From: an uncultured Spirochaetota bacterium
GTDB taxonomy: Bacteria > Spirochaetota > UBA4802 > UBA5550
Reading direction: 5' to 3'
Assembly (NCBI GenBank): GCA_963827275.1
Contig: CAWHAA010000008.1
Location: 288,001-352,000 of the forward strand
Length of the DNA stretch: 64,000 nucleotides
Shown one piece after another: positions 1-8,557 of this stretch. Below the pieces are notes generated by a model. That model did no database searches. It was not told the origin of the DNA and saw only the letters and a program-made list of their open reading frames with translations. Positions within the stretch are counted from its first letter, which is position 1. Each line of letters begins with the position of its first letter. A program made the translations under genes and the position numbers.

Positions 1-1751
1 ATGACCCCCCTGAACCTCCCGGGCTTGTTCGCCGCCTGGAGGAGGGCGATGCCGGCGCCGGTGGAAAAGCCGCAGATGGCGAAGTCCTTCACGCTGTTCT
101 TCATGATGATGTAGGCGCGTCCTGCGGAGTCGTACCACTTTTCCCAGTTGCGGACCGCCAGGTCCTCCGGCGCGGTGCCGTGGCCGCGCAGCCGCGCCCC
201 GTACACGGTAAAGCCCTTGCGGTAGAGGAAGTCGGCCAGCGGGCGTATCTCCTCGGGCGCGGCCATGTACCCGTGGACCATGATGATGCCCCGTTTCCTG
301 AAAAACCGCTTCAGGAAAAACGGCCGGCCGATTTCCATCGGCTTGCTTTCGCCCTTGATAAAATATTTTTGATAGTCCTGCTCGAAGAGGGTCCGGTCCA
401 GCTCGATGAAGCGGTTCCTTATCGTTCTCCTGATCCAGAAGGCCGGCTGGAACATGATGCGGTCAAGCTGCCTGGTGAACTCGCCCAGGGGCTCGATCTC
501 GTTTTTGAGCACCTCGATGAAGTTGTCCTTCCGTATGGTGTGGAAATCTTTCAGGTTTGCGAAGCGCCCGGCGTTCTTTACGATAACGCCGTTTTTCAGC
601 GAGATGAGGCCGTCATGGAGCGCGGCGTCGATGAAGGCCGAGTATTTGTCATGACGGTCGTCGGTGAGGAGATAGAACTGCTTTTTCTGCAGGGCGGTGT
701 GAAAGTTGGTCAGCCCGGTCTTGCGGAGGATGTCCAGCGCCAGGAAGGCGCGGTTCTTGAAATCGTCCTCGCGGATCCGGGTGCCGGGGTAGCGGGTCAG
801 CAGGTATGAGAAGACATGCTCATGGTTCACCGTCGTCATGCCGTATATGTCGTCCATGTACTCCTGCATCATGCTGATGTCCAGACCGTGGAAGGCGTTT
901 TTCAGGCCCGCATTGTCCGGCGGCAGGTAGAGGTTGTCGTCATCGATCATCCTCCTGGCCAGTTCGCTTGATTCAAGGTAGCCCTTCGCCCGGATCGGCG
1001 TCCCGAAGTTGATGTCGATATCGACGCCCTTCATGAGCATGGTGCCCTCGACCTCGAGCTCCTCCTGGAAGCGGGCGGAGATGTCCTTCACGAACCTGCC
1101 CACCAGCTTGTTGATGGCGTTGTCCCGCGCCCTGATCGGGTAATAGGTGATGTTCACCGGCACGATGGTCGTCTCGAGGGAGGTGATGGTGCCCACCTCG
1201 GCCGCGGTGAAGCCGTACGCCGCCGCGTATCGCCCGACCTTTTCAGCGTCCCCTTTTTTGTGGAAGCGGGCGATCTTTTCCCTCATCAGCTGCGAGAGGA
1301 GGGCGGTGCGGGCCGCGCCGGTGTGGGGGGGCCTGCGGATGCCGGCATTGTAGACCATGTATTTCCCCTTCTCCACGATCTTCTTGTCCTTGATCATCTG
1401 GCCTTCGGGAAAGATGATGACCGGGTGGCTGTCTGTCAACAGCGCGCCGACCATGATGGCGTCCCGGTTCTTGTCCGCGGTTGAAAAGGCGCCGACCTTG
1501 TCCATGAGGTCGGCCATTTTCCCGCTGAAGAACGAGCTGTCCGCAAGGGATATCGGGTACTTGCCGATGTGTTTTTTGATAAGGTAGGGCATCAGCACTG
1601 TTTCCATCCGCGTGAAATGATTTATCACGTAGATGACCGGCTGGTCCGGGACGTTCTCCTTTCCGTGGAGCCGGATATCGGTGCCCGATGCGTTGAATAT
1701 GGCATCAAGGGTGATTTCGAAGGTCTTCAGAAGGGGGTTGGATATTTTCAT
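1..1751 (-). CDS. PlsC-type acyltransferase fused to C-terminal alpha/beta hydrolase (carboxylesterase-like); 3' end runs off window
   Basis: Manual translation from ATG at 1751 ([11 protein letters not shown]...) gives acyltransferase motifs NHFTRME and IFPEG, then hydrolase motifs VHGY, LRGHG and GFSTG. No stop before base 1, so it is absent from the ORF track. Confidence 0.85.
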   Translation of the reverse strand, partial: MKISNPLLKTFEITLDAIFNASGTDIRLHGKENVPDQPVIYVINHFTRMETVLMPYLIKKHIGKYPISLADSSFFSGKMADLMDKVGAFSTADKNRDAIMVGALLTDSHPVIIFPEGQMIKDKKIVEKGKYMVYNAGIRRPPHTGAARTALLSQLMREKIARFHKKGDAEKVGRYAAAYGFTAAEVGTITSLETTIVPVNITYYPIRARDNAINKLVGRFVKDISARFQEELEVEGTMLMKGVDIDINFGTPIRAKGYLESSELARRMIDDDNLYLPPDNAGLKNAFHGLDISMMQEYMDDIYGMTTVNHEHVFSYLLTRYPGTRIREDDFKNRAFLALDILRKTGLTNFHTALQKKQFYLLTDDRHDKYSAFIDAALHDGLISLKNGVIVKNAGRFANLKDFHTIRKDNFIEVLKNEIEPLGEFTRQLDRIMFQPAFWIRRTIRNRFIELDRTLFEQDYQKYFIKGESKPMEIGRPFFLKRFFRKRGIIMVHGYMAAPEEIRPLADFLYRKGFTVYGARLRGHGTAPEDLAVRNWEKWYDSAGRAYIIMKNSVKDFAICGFSTGAGIALLQAANKPGRFRGV

Positions 1752-1773
1752 TCGTTGCATCCTCCGGTCAAGG

Positions 1774-2198
1774 TCAGTATTTCCGCCCGCGGTAATCGCG
1801 CAGTATGTCGGCGTGGTCGAAGGCCATCGGTCCCGGCAGGCTGTCGATGCTGAAGACCCCAGCCTCCGCCGCGTCATCAGCCGCCGCGGGGACGCCGCGC
1901 GCCGTGGCGATGAAGACCGTGGATGATGGTGTGCCGGCGCGGGTCGCGCGCCGGGTCGGAATAGGTGTGGAACTGCCGCACCAGCGTCACCGCGAGGGAG
2001 GTCTCCTCGGCCGCCTCGCGGACAGCCGCCGCCTCGAGCGTCTCGCCGTAATCGACGAAGCCGCCGGGTAGTCGCCCAGCCGTAGGGAGGGTTCTTTCGT
2101 TTGATGAGGACAATATTCCGCGCCGCGGCGCCGGCCCCGTCCTCGATTTCGATAATAATATCCACTGTTGGCACGGGGTTTCGGTACTGTTCGGTCAT
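1774..2198 (-). CDS. NUDIX hydrolase (two +1 frameshifts near 2070 and 1925, probably sequencing errors)
   Basis: Joining frames gives [16 protein letters not shown]...[29 protein letters not shown] (Nudix box)...[11 protein letters not shown]...AFDHADIL. Confidence 0.85.
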
Positions 2199-2407
2199 TG
2201 CTGTATTCGTATCCTGGAATAAACGTATGATCTTCGATATGGTGGGTAGTGCGGGTTGTTTTGCAAGTAAAATATGGGGCCCGGACAGCAGGCATTGGAC
2301 CCTCCCCCGGCATGAGCCCGTGTCCAGGTACTCATCATTATCCTGGGATTTTCACCCTTCCCGGCGCCGGCCTGTGGGATGCGATGCATTGTATGTATGC
2401 AGGACGC

Positions 2408-2433
2408 CCCGCCGGAGCCGTGCCTCCGGCGGG
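2408..2433. other. GC-rich 10-bp hairpin just downstream of the FGE-domain gene; no U-tract after it on either strand
   Basis: CCCGCCGGAG-ccgtgc-CTCCGGCGGG. Confidence 0.6.
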
Positions 2434-2455
2434 CAGAAATGAAAAAATCAGTACC

Positions 2456-3556
2456 TCAGCGGTTTTTCGCGATGCGGAAGCCTATTGATACAAACTGGTC
2501 ATCAGGGCCATCATTAGTCCCGTCACCGATAGTCATTCCGTTTGCATTTTCGTGGATACCGCCGCCCACCAAGATGCGGTTATCAGCGTCATACTGTGTA
2601 AAGCACCACTCCCACACGTTGCCGCTCATGTCGTAGATATTGAGGCCGTTGAAGTCCTTCAGGCCAGCGTCCTTGGGCACCTCTCCGATTGCGCCCGATT
2701 TATACCATGACACCGCGCGGGTCTCGGTCTCGTGCGTGTAATCCGCGGCCGCGCCGCTTGCGTAATCGCCCGGTGTCCAGTAATACCCGGCAGTAAGGGA
2801 AGCGCTTCCTCGTATGCCCTGTGCCACATACTCGGCCGCAAGGAGCCCCGCGGACGGCGCTGTGGTCCCTATATACCTGGCCGCGAACTGCCATTCATCG
2901 CCCGTGGGCAGGCGGAATCCGGACTTTGCTGAATCCGCAACGGTCTCAGCGTGATCCCATGTGGTGTCTATGCCGCCGTACACGACGTTGTTCACATTCC
3001 CGTCCGACATTTCGGTAAGCCAGTTGCAGAACATGACCGCTCCGTACCAGGTGACTTTCGTGACCGGCTTGTTCCCGCTGTCCGTCGCAACAGTGAAGAC
3101 ACCGCCGGAATAATCCACGGTCGGAGATCCCGCCAGGTTGATCAGCTGCTTCCCGCCATACTTCGCGGTCGTGGAATCGATGCCGTTATGGTCGGTCACC
3201 GTATCGCTGAACCTGCCGTTATCGTAGGCCCACTGGTACACCGTGACAAAAAGGCCGCTGGTCGCCTCTGCCTGGCCGATGAAAAAGTCGCCGGACATGG
3301 CGGCGGTACCGGTATCGTCCAGCCCGGTCGGAAAAGTGATTTCGGTCCCGTCATTGGCGTATGCCATGACAAAGGTTTTCTGTCCGGCGGTAAACGCAAC
3401 AAGGTCGCCGCGAGCCAGCCCGGAGGGAGCGGGCGGCGTGCCGCCATCTGCGCCCGGGAGCGGCAGCAGCGTGGTTTTCCCCGAGCCGCCGCAGGCGGCA
3501 CAGAAAAGCGCGCAGACAAGAGCGAGCGCGAAAGAGAATAGTGGATAATGTTTCAT
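2456..3556 (-). CDS. Lipoprotein with formylglycine-generating-enzyme (FGE-sulfatase/CLec-fold) domain
   Basis: Signal with lipobox CAAC; motifs PVTKVTWYGAVMFCNWL, FRLPTGDEWQFAA, YDMSGNVWEWC and a terminal GFR. Confidence 0.85.
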   Translation of the reverse strand: MKHYPLFSFALALVCALFCAACGGSGKTTLLPLPGADGGTPPAPSGLARGDLVAFTAGQKTFVMAYANDGTEITFPTGLDDTGTAAMSGDFFIGQAEATSGLFVTVYQWAYDNGRFSDTVTDHNGIDSTTAKYGGKQLINLAGSPTVDYSGGVFTVATDSGNKPVTKVTWYGAVMFCNWLTEMSDGNVNNVVYGGIDTTWDHAETVADSAKSGFRLPTGDEWQFAARYIGTTAPSAGLLAAEYVAQGIRGSASLTAGYYWTPGDYASGAAADYTHETETRAVSWYKSGAIGEVPKDAGLKDFNGLNIYDMSGNVWEWCFTQYDADNRILVGGGIHENANGMTIGDGTNDGPDDQFVSIGFRIAKNR

Positions 3557-3615
3557 ATGTCCTCCAGAAAGTTGTTCATCTTAGCAGGCTTTTTCTAAAC
3601 CAGATGACAAGTACA

Positions 3616-3650
3616 GTATTCCTCCGCCGCCATAAACGGCGGAGGAATAC
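3616..3650. terminator. 14-bp inverted repeat between the SBBP and FGE lipoprotein genes (terminator or mRNA-stabilising hairpin)
   Basis: GTATTCCTCCGCCG-ccataaa-CGGCGGAGGAATAC. Confidence 0.6.
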
Positions 3651-3715
3651 ATGATAGTCCAATCAATCGACGTTATTGATTATCAATTACCGCGGGGGCC
3701 AAGCCCCACGCGGCC

Positions 3716-5362
3716 TTACTCGTTCATTCTCATGGTCACGAAGGCGTCGGCGAAAACTCCTACGAATGTCTCTCCGTCAAAATTAGCGTCTACGTAACCC
3801 GTGACAAAACAGGCTCCGGAGGAAGTTGCAGCAATCCCATACACTAATATATTTTTCCCCGCCGTACCCATCTGCTTGATCATTCTGGATGTCCCGTCCG
3901 TGCCGTACGAAATAACGAAAGCATCTTTCGTACCGGTAAGGACACCGGGGCCTTCACCGTCAAGATCCGCGTTGGTCTCTCCGGCAATATAGCAGTTCGC
4001 ATCCGCATCAAGCGCGATGCCTTGTCCGGTGGCATATTTTCCCGCGGCTGAGGTCTGCCTGAGCCACTGCAGCTCACCCGAGGTATTGTATTTCATTACA
4101 TATACATCGGGATATCCGACCAGTACTCCCGGGCCGGCGCCGTCAAGATCACCCTGCGTATTACCGGTCACATAGCTGTTCCCGTCGGCATCCGCGGCAA
4201 TACCGTACCCATAGGTGCTTTTAAGGCCTGCGGCCACTCCCATCTGCTTTACCCATTGTATAGTTCCAGTCGTATTGTATTTAAGGACAAAGACGTCTGG
4301 ATCCCCGGCTTTAGTATTGCCGTAAAGTCCGCCTTCTGTTTGACCGGTCACATAACAATTACCAGCGGGGTCAACCGCAACACTGTTGCCGTACGTTCCC
4401 ACGCCTGCCACCCCGAGTTGCCGGACCCAGAGCTGCGTGCCGTCCGTATCGTATTTTGCGACATAGACGTCGTAGGTTCCGGTAAGGACGCCCCCGCCAG
4501 TGCCGTCAAGATCGGCATTGGTATAGCCTGTGACGTAGCTGTTGCCGTCAGCGTCAACCGCGATGGCTTTACCATAGGTGTTTTTGTCCGCTACGCCCGC
4601 CTGGGTGGCCCATATCTTGTTTCCATCATTATCGTATTTTATCAAGAAGACATTATTATTGGTTCCGGTACCGATTTTAACGGCGTCATACACGCTGCCG
4701 TTAGTGACGCCGGCAACATAGATGTTCCCGTCAGGGTCAGCGGCAATTCCCCATCCCTGGGTCGTCTTCCCGTCCTGCCCGGTGGGCTGTTCGACCCATT
4801 GTTGTACGGCATCTTTATCATACTTGACCAGATAGACGTTATTGTTGCCAGTGGTCGTATTGTCAGGATCGAGAAGACCTGTTGTATAACCGGTAATGAA
4901 GCTGTTGCCGTCCCCGTCAACAGCAAGGGCGCAACCGAAGGTGTTATTGAGCGCATGACCCAGCAGGCGCGTCCAGGCAGGCATTCCGCTCGCCACGGCG
5001 CTGAAATCGCTCGTTCCCGCAGCGTTCTTTGCCTTCAGCCACACGTAATAGGTCGTGCCATTGTCAAGCCCGTCAACAACATGGCTTGTCCCGGCGAGGT
5101 CACCGCCGTCCTGCGTCGCGGTCGCGGAATCATTTATTTCATTATACCAGACCTCGTAGACGGTCGCGCCGTCCACGGCGGTCCAGCTCAATTCAACCTG
5201 GGACACTCCCGGCGTCACGGTTGGCGCTGCCGGCTCTGCCGGAGCCACGCCTCCACCGCCCAGCAGTGCCAGCAGAGAATTGTAATCAGAAGTCGTTTTG
5301 GTGCAGCCTGTCATGATCAGGGCGCAGGCAAGGATCAGCAAGGATGTCAACTTGAGCTTCAT
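3716..5362 (-). CDS. Surface lipoprotein with fibronectin type III domain and SBBP beta-propeller repeats
   Basis: GGAGG RBS then MKLKLTSLLILACALIMTGC (lipobox); Fn3 (LSWTAV...YEVWY...YYVWLKAKNAAG); about 7 repeats of IAVDxDGNSYVTGxT...YxxKYDxDG..W. Confidence 0.85.
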   Translation of the reverse strand: MKLKLTSLLILACALIMTGCTKTTSDYNSLLALLGGGGVAPAEPAAPTVTPGVSQVELSWTAVDGATVYEVWYNEINDSATATQDGGDLAGTSHVVDGLDNGTTYYVWLKAKNAAGTSDFSAVASGMPAWTRLLGHALNNTFGCALAVDGDGNSFITGYTTGLLDPDNTTTGNNNVYLVKYDKDAVQQWVEQPTGQDGKTTQGWGIAADPDGNIYVAGVTNGSVYDAVKIGTGTNNNVFLIKYDNDGNKIWATQAGVADKNTYGKAIAVDADGNSYVTGYTNADLDGTGGGVLTGTYDVYVAKYDTDGTQLWVRQLGVAGVGTYGNSVAVDPAGNCYVTGQTEGGLYGNTKAGDPDVFVLKYNTTGTIQWVKQMGVAAGLKSTYGYGIAADADGNSYVTGNTQGDLDGAGPGVLVGYPDVYVMKYNTSGELQWLRQTSAAGKYATGQGIALDADANCYIAGETNADLDGEGPGVLTGTKDAFVISYGTDGTSRMIKQMGTAGKNILVYGIAATSSGACFVTGYVDANFDGETFVGVFADAFVTMRMNE

Positions 5363-5492
5363 AAAACCTCCAGGAAAATAGTAAATTAACAAATAATTTT
5401 TTTTAGTCTTCTTTAATATAGTACCGGCAACACGCCGACCTGTATATCCATCGAACGATTGAGAGAGGGAAAAAATAACCAATAATCGACAA

Positions 5493-6749
5493 TCAGGAGT
5501 GTTTGTTCAGGAGGTTCGCCAGCTCGACGCGGTTTGAAAGCCCTGTCTTGTGATAGATGTTGTGGATGTGGCTTTTGGCTGTCTGCAGGGAGATTTCGCA
5601 CTCGTCCGCTATTTCGCCGGCCGAATGGCCGCCTCCCAGAAGGAGCAACACCTCGAGCTCGCGGTCCGTGAGTCCCGCCTGCTTCTGCAGCTCCCCGAGC
5701 CCGGTCTGCTCGCGGGCGATTACGAGTACGCCCGCGCAGGCGCCGATTTCATTTACCAGCGGGTGCATGAAGAGCTCTACGATGACGGCCTGTTTCCCGT
5801 GCAACAGGCTGAATGTTACTGAGCGGGCCGGCGATGCGCCGGAAAGTATCTTGCTGAGAGAATATTGAAACGATTCACTCTCCCTGAAGAGTGCGGCAAG
5901 GGAGAGCTTCCCGCAGCACCCGGTGGCGCCGAGGACGATCTCACGGGCGCGGTCGTTCATGAACACCAGATCGCCGCGTCCATCGGTGAGAAAAACCGCG
6001 TTGCTGATTCCGCTGAAAATCTCGGACGCGGTGCTTGCCGGCACCACGTTCATGAGCTTGTATTTCCAGATGGCGAACCGCATCGCACCGATGAAAAATA
6101 TCGCTACCGCCTGGTGGTAGGCGTCGCCGATGCGAATGGTCACTTCCGCGGGCAACAGCAGCGTGAGGGCGTTCTGCGCCAGCGACAGAACGGCGGTGGT
6201 GGATGCGGCCGCCAGTATCATCCCCGCCTGCTTCCTGATTTTATCCGTGGTGGTGTTTCTCCGCCAGCTCATGAGCGCCGCGATGCCGGGCAGAAGGATC
6301 ACGGAAGAATAGTTGAACGCGACCCAGAACCAGGGAGACGCGAGATCGTAGAGGACCGTCCATCCCCAGGGGCTTTTATACAAGCCTTTCACCACCGGGA
6401 CGAAGCAGCTCATCCCCGCGATGACGCACGCGCCGCTGCCATAAAGCAGTGCGAGGAAATACGGGCTTCGTGAGAGGTTGCGATACCGGGTCAGCTCCAT
6501 GATGAAGTGTATGATCAGCATAACCACGAGAAAAAAGAGAGGGGAGTAGAACATCAACCATGCCCTGGCGGCGGTTGCGTCCGGCGAAACAATGAGCTGC
6601 ACGTACGCCAGGGAAAAAACGGCATAGAGAAACGCGGCCGCTGCATAGAGGCGGTTGGCAAGGGCCTTCCGGTTTAGCCTATAGACTGTTATGCTGCATT
6701 CGAAGCAGAAAAGCGTGGTTGCATAATAGATGAGTATTTTCAGGATCAT
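5493..6749 (-). CDS. Membrane-bound LuxR-family regulator (7TM sensor-like N-terminus, PAS-like domain, LuxR HTH); start uncertain (6749-6773)
   Basis: Multiple TM helices; PAS-like IFSGISNAVFLTDGRGDLVFMN; C-terminal LTDRELEVL...IADEC.ISLQTAKSHIHNIYHK. Confidence 0.85.
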   Translation of the reverse strand: MILKILIYYATTLFCFECSITVYRLNRKALANRLYAAAAFLYAVFSLAYVQLIVSPDATAARAWLMFYSPLFFLVVMLIIHFIMELTRYRNLSRSPYFLALLYGSGACVIAGMSCFVPVVKGLYKSPWGWTVLYDLASPWFWVAFNYSSVILLPGIAALMSWRRNTTTDKIRKQAGMILAAASTTAVLSLAQNALTLLLPAEVTIRIGDAYHQAVAIFFIGAMRFAIWKYKLMNVVPASTASEIFSGISNAVFLTDGRGDLVFMNDRAREIVLGATGCCGKLSLAALFRESESFQYSLSKILSGASPARSVTFSLLHGKQAVIVELFMHPLVNEIGACAGVLVIAREQTGLGELQKQAGLTDRELEVLLLLGGGHSAGEIADECEISLQTAKSHIHNIYHKTGLSNRVELANLLNKHS

Positions 6750-6773
6750 TGCACAAGAGGTCATTCCCTGCAT

Positions 6774-6797
6774 AAAAAAGACGCTGTAATTACAGCG
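6774..6797 (-). promoter_or_regulatory. Perfect 16-bp palindrome followed by a U-tract on the minus strand, immediately upstream of the LuxR gene (attenuator or operator)
   Basis: CGCTGTAATTACAGCG at 6782-6797; the minus strand continues TCTTTTTT. Confidence 0.45.
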
Positions 6798-7162
6798 CGG
6801 ATACAAGTGTGGCGGAGGGCCCTGTGCGGCGCAAGGACTTTTTCTTATGAATCTGACGCCAGGACGCAGGCCGCAGCATGGGCCCATCGGCTTCGCCCGG
6901 AGCAGACCTGTCGAAAAGCCGCGCGATATCGACCGTTTGCAGGTACATGCAGGAAAAACAGACGGGAACTGCGGATGATGAAGAGCATCCTTTTGCCCTC
7001 CGTCCCCATGAACAGGGAAGGAGGCCGGGGGCGGTCCCGCGCGGCCGGTCGGGGGCAATTGAGCGATTATTGCATGAAATTTCCACTTCGGTCTTGACAA
7101 AATAAAATTTTTAGCCACTAGTATACCACGCCCGGGGGGTGCCGCGGGGACGCGGTGTCATT

Positions 7163-7678
7163 ATGAATAAAACGCCAGCCGACATTCTGGAATCAGCCGC
7201 AAATTTCGATGAATTTCGCGAAGGCATTGCTGCGCTCAATGGGTGCTTCCCCCTCGACCGGGAGGAGATGCTCCGCCTCGGGAAGGTGTATTTCCAGCGT
7301 TATCCTGACTCCTCCCCGGACCGCATCATGGAGAATGTCCACACCGGATACAAAATTACCCGGACCTGCTTGATCGAGAAGCTCATCGAGGGGATCGAGG
7401 AGCGGCACCGGGACACGGTGCGCGGCATGCTGGATGATTTCAGGTTCATCGATGACGGCCTTGCCATGCTTGAGCGGGAAATCGGGATCGAGGAGATAGA
7501 GAGCATCGTGTATGTCATCGAATGCAATCTCGACCGTCTCAGGAACATTATCGAAGAGCTCCCGAAGGGGATGATCAAGGAGCGGTTCGTCGGAGGAATA
7601 TCAAAATTTTTTAATGATGTGTATCTGATAAACCTGGCGGTGAAAAGAATTAAAGGCCAGGGCGAAGAGGTGCGATAG
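7163..7678 (+). CDS. Hypothetical helical protein
   Basis: 171-aa ORF with host-like codon usage; upstream TTGACA at 7094. Confidence 0.7.
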   Translation: MNKTPADILESAANFDEFREGIAALNGCFPLDREEMLRLGKVYFQRYPDSSPDRIMENVHTGYKITRTCLIEKLIEGIEERHRDTVRGMLDDFRFIDDGLAMLEREIGIEEIESIVYVIECNLDRLRNIIEELPKGMIKERFVGGISKFFNDVYLINLAVKRIKGQGEEVR

Positions 7679-7780
7679 CGGCCCGGGCGGCACAGACGCG
7701 CCCTGCTCTGTTTTCACGGCATCTGCGTGCCGCTGAAAGCCGTGAGTGATAAACGATCTTACAATCAAGGAGATAAGAAA

Positions 7781-7963
7781 ATGAGCAAGGGGATGAACAA
7801 CAACGCTTCGGGAGGCGCGGTGTACGGTCTTGGCCTCATCGGCGCGGCGGTGTATTTCATTTCGAACGCCACCGGTTTCTGGTTGGGCGTCCTGGGATTT
7901 CTCAAAGCGCTTGTATGGCCCGCCTTTTTTGTGTATGAGACGTTCAAGCACTTCGGGATGTAA
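7781..7963 (+). CDS. Small two-TM membrane protein
   Basis: AGGAG RBS; 60 aa, GAVYGLGLIGAAVYFI...FWLGVLGFLKALVWPAF. Confidence 0.75.
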   Translation: MSKGMNNNASGGAVYGLGLIGAAVYFISNATGFWLGVLGFLKALVWPAFFVYETFKHFGM

Positions 7964-7975
7964 TGCGCGTTCTCC

Positions 7976-8437
7976 TCATCTGATATCAGGCATCAGTGCC
8001 CACTTGATGACCCAGGCCCCTGTCCCCGGATACATGTCCAGGCACACGATGCCGCCGTTCTGGAACCGGAACACGGGCCGGTTCGCAGACCCGGTGACCA
8101 TGAAGGACGCCAGCTTCTCCATGAAGGGCAGGTGTCCCACGAGCATCTGGCTGTGCCCCGCGTCGAGACCATAGGCAATATTCGCCACGTCGTCATTCGG
8201 GTCCATGCCGCTGACCGCGGTGACGGTGATGCCGGGCCCGAGCCATTCGGCAAAAATCTCTGCGGTCTGGCGCGCCCGTTTCTTCCCGCTGTGAAGGATC
8301 TCTGCCACCCGCACGTTGTACCCCTTCGCCACGCCCGCGATCCGCTCGACCTCGGCCCTCCCCTCGTCGCTCAGGCCCCGTTCGGGATCGATGTCCGGCG
8401 GCAGCGCCCTGCCGTGCTGCACCAATAAAATTGGCAT
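7976..8437 (-). CDS. sixA: Phosphohistidine phosphatase SixA
   Basis: LLVQHG (RHG variant), ERGLSDEG, HSGKKRARQTAE, LVGHLPF; about 150 aa. Confidence 0.85.
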   Translation of the reverse strand: MPILLVQHGRALPPDIDPERGLSDEGRAEVERIAGVAKGYNVRVAEILHSGKKRARQTAEIFAEWLGPGITVTAVSGMDPNDDVANIAYGLDAGHSQMLVGHLPFMEKLASFMVTGSANRPVFRFQNGGIVCLDMYPGTGAWVIKWALMPDIR

Positions 8438-8477
8438 GCGTTTCCCCTTTAATAGATTCACTCTGAATAATTAAAAA

Positions 8478-8506
8478 TTAATGATTTACAATGAATTAAT
8501 CATTAA
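8478..8506. promoter_or_regulatory. Operator-like inverted repeat upstream of sixA
   Basis: TTAATGATT-N11-AATCATTAA in an AT-rich gap. Confidence 0.35.
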
Positions 8507-8557
8507 AAAAACAGCAGGCGCCCGATTTTTTATGCTGCAGGAATATTGCAGGTCAAA

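Noticed and set aside
180..809. Long ORFs antisense to real genes (e.g. 180-809, 4256-5389, 16043-17593, 27220-28311, 60507-62246)
   Set aside because: Shadow ORFs caused by high-GC codon bias on the opposite strand; no motifs or RBS.
3716..4980. CRISPR-like or tandem DNA repeats
   Set aside because: The repeats are degenerate in-frame propeller blades; no identical repeats with spacers anywhere in the window.
6750..7118. N-terminal extension of the LuxR ORF to 7118 (similar extensions for 3716-5482, 33572-34561, 40142-41659)
   Set aside because: Extensions are low-complexity, cross promoters or neighbouring genes, and better downstream starts exist.
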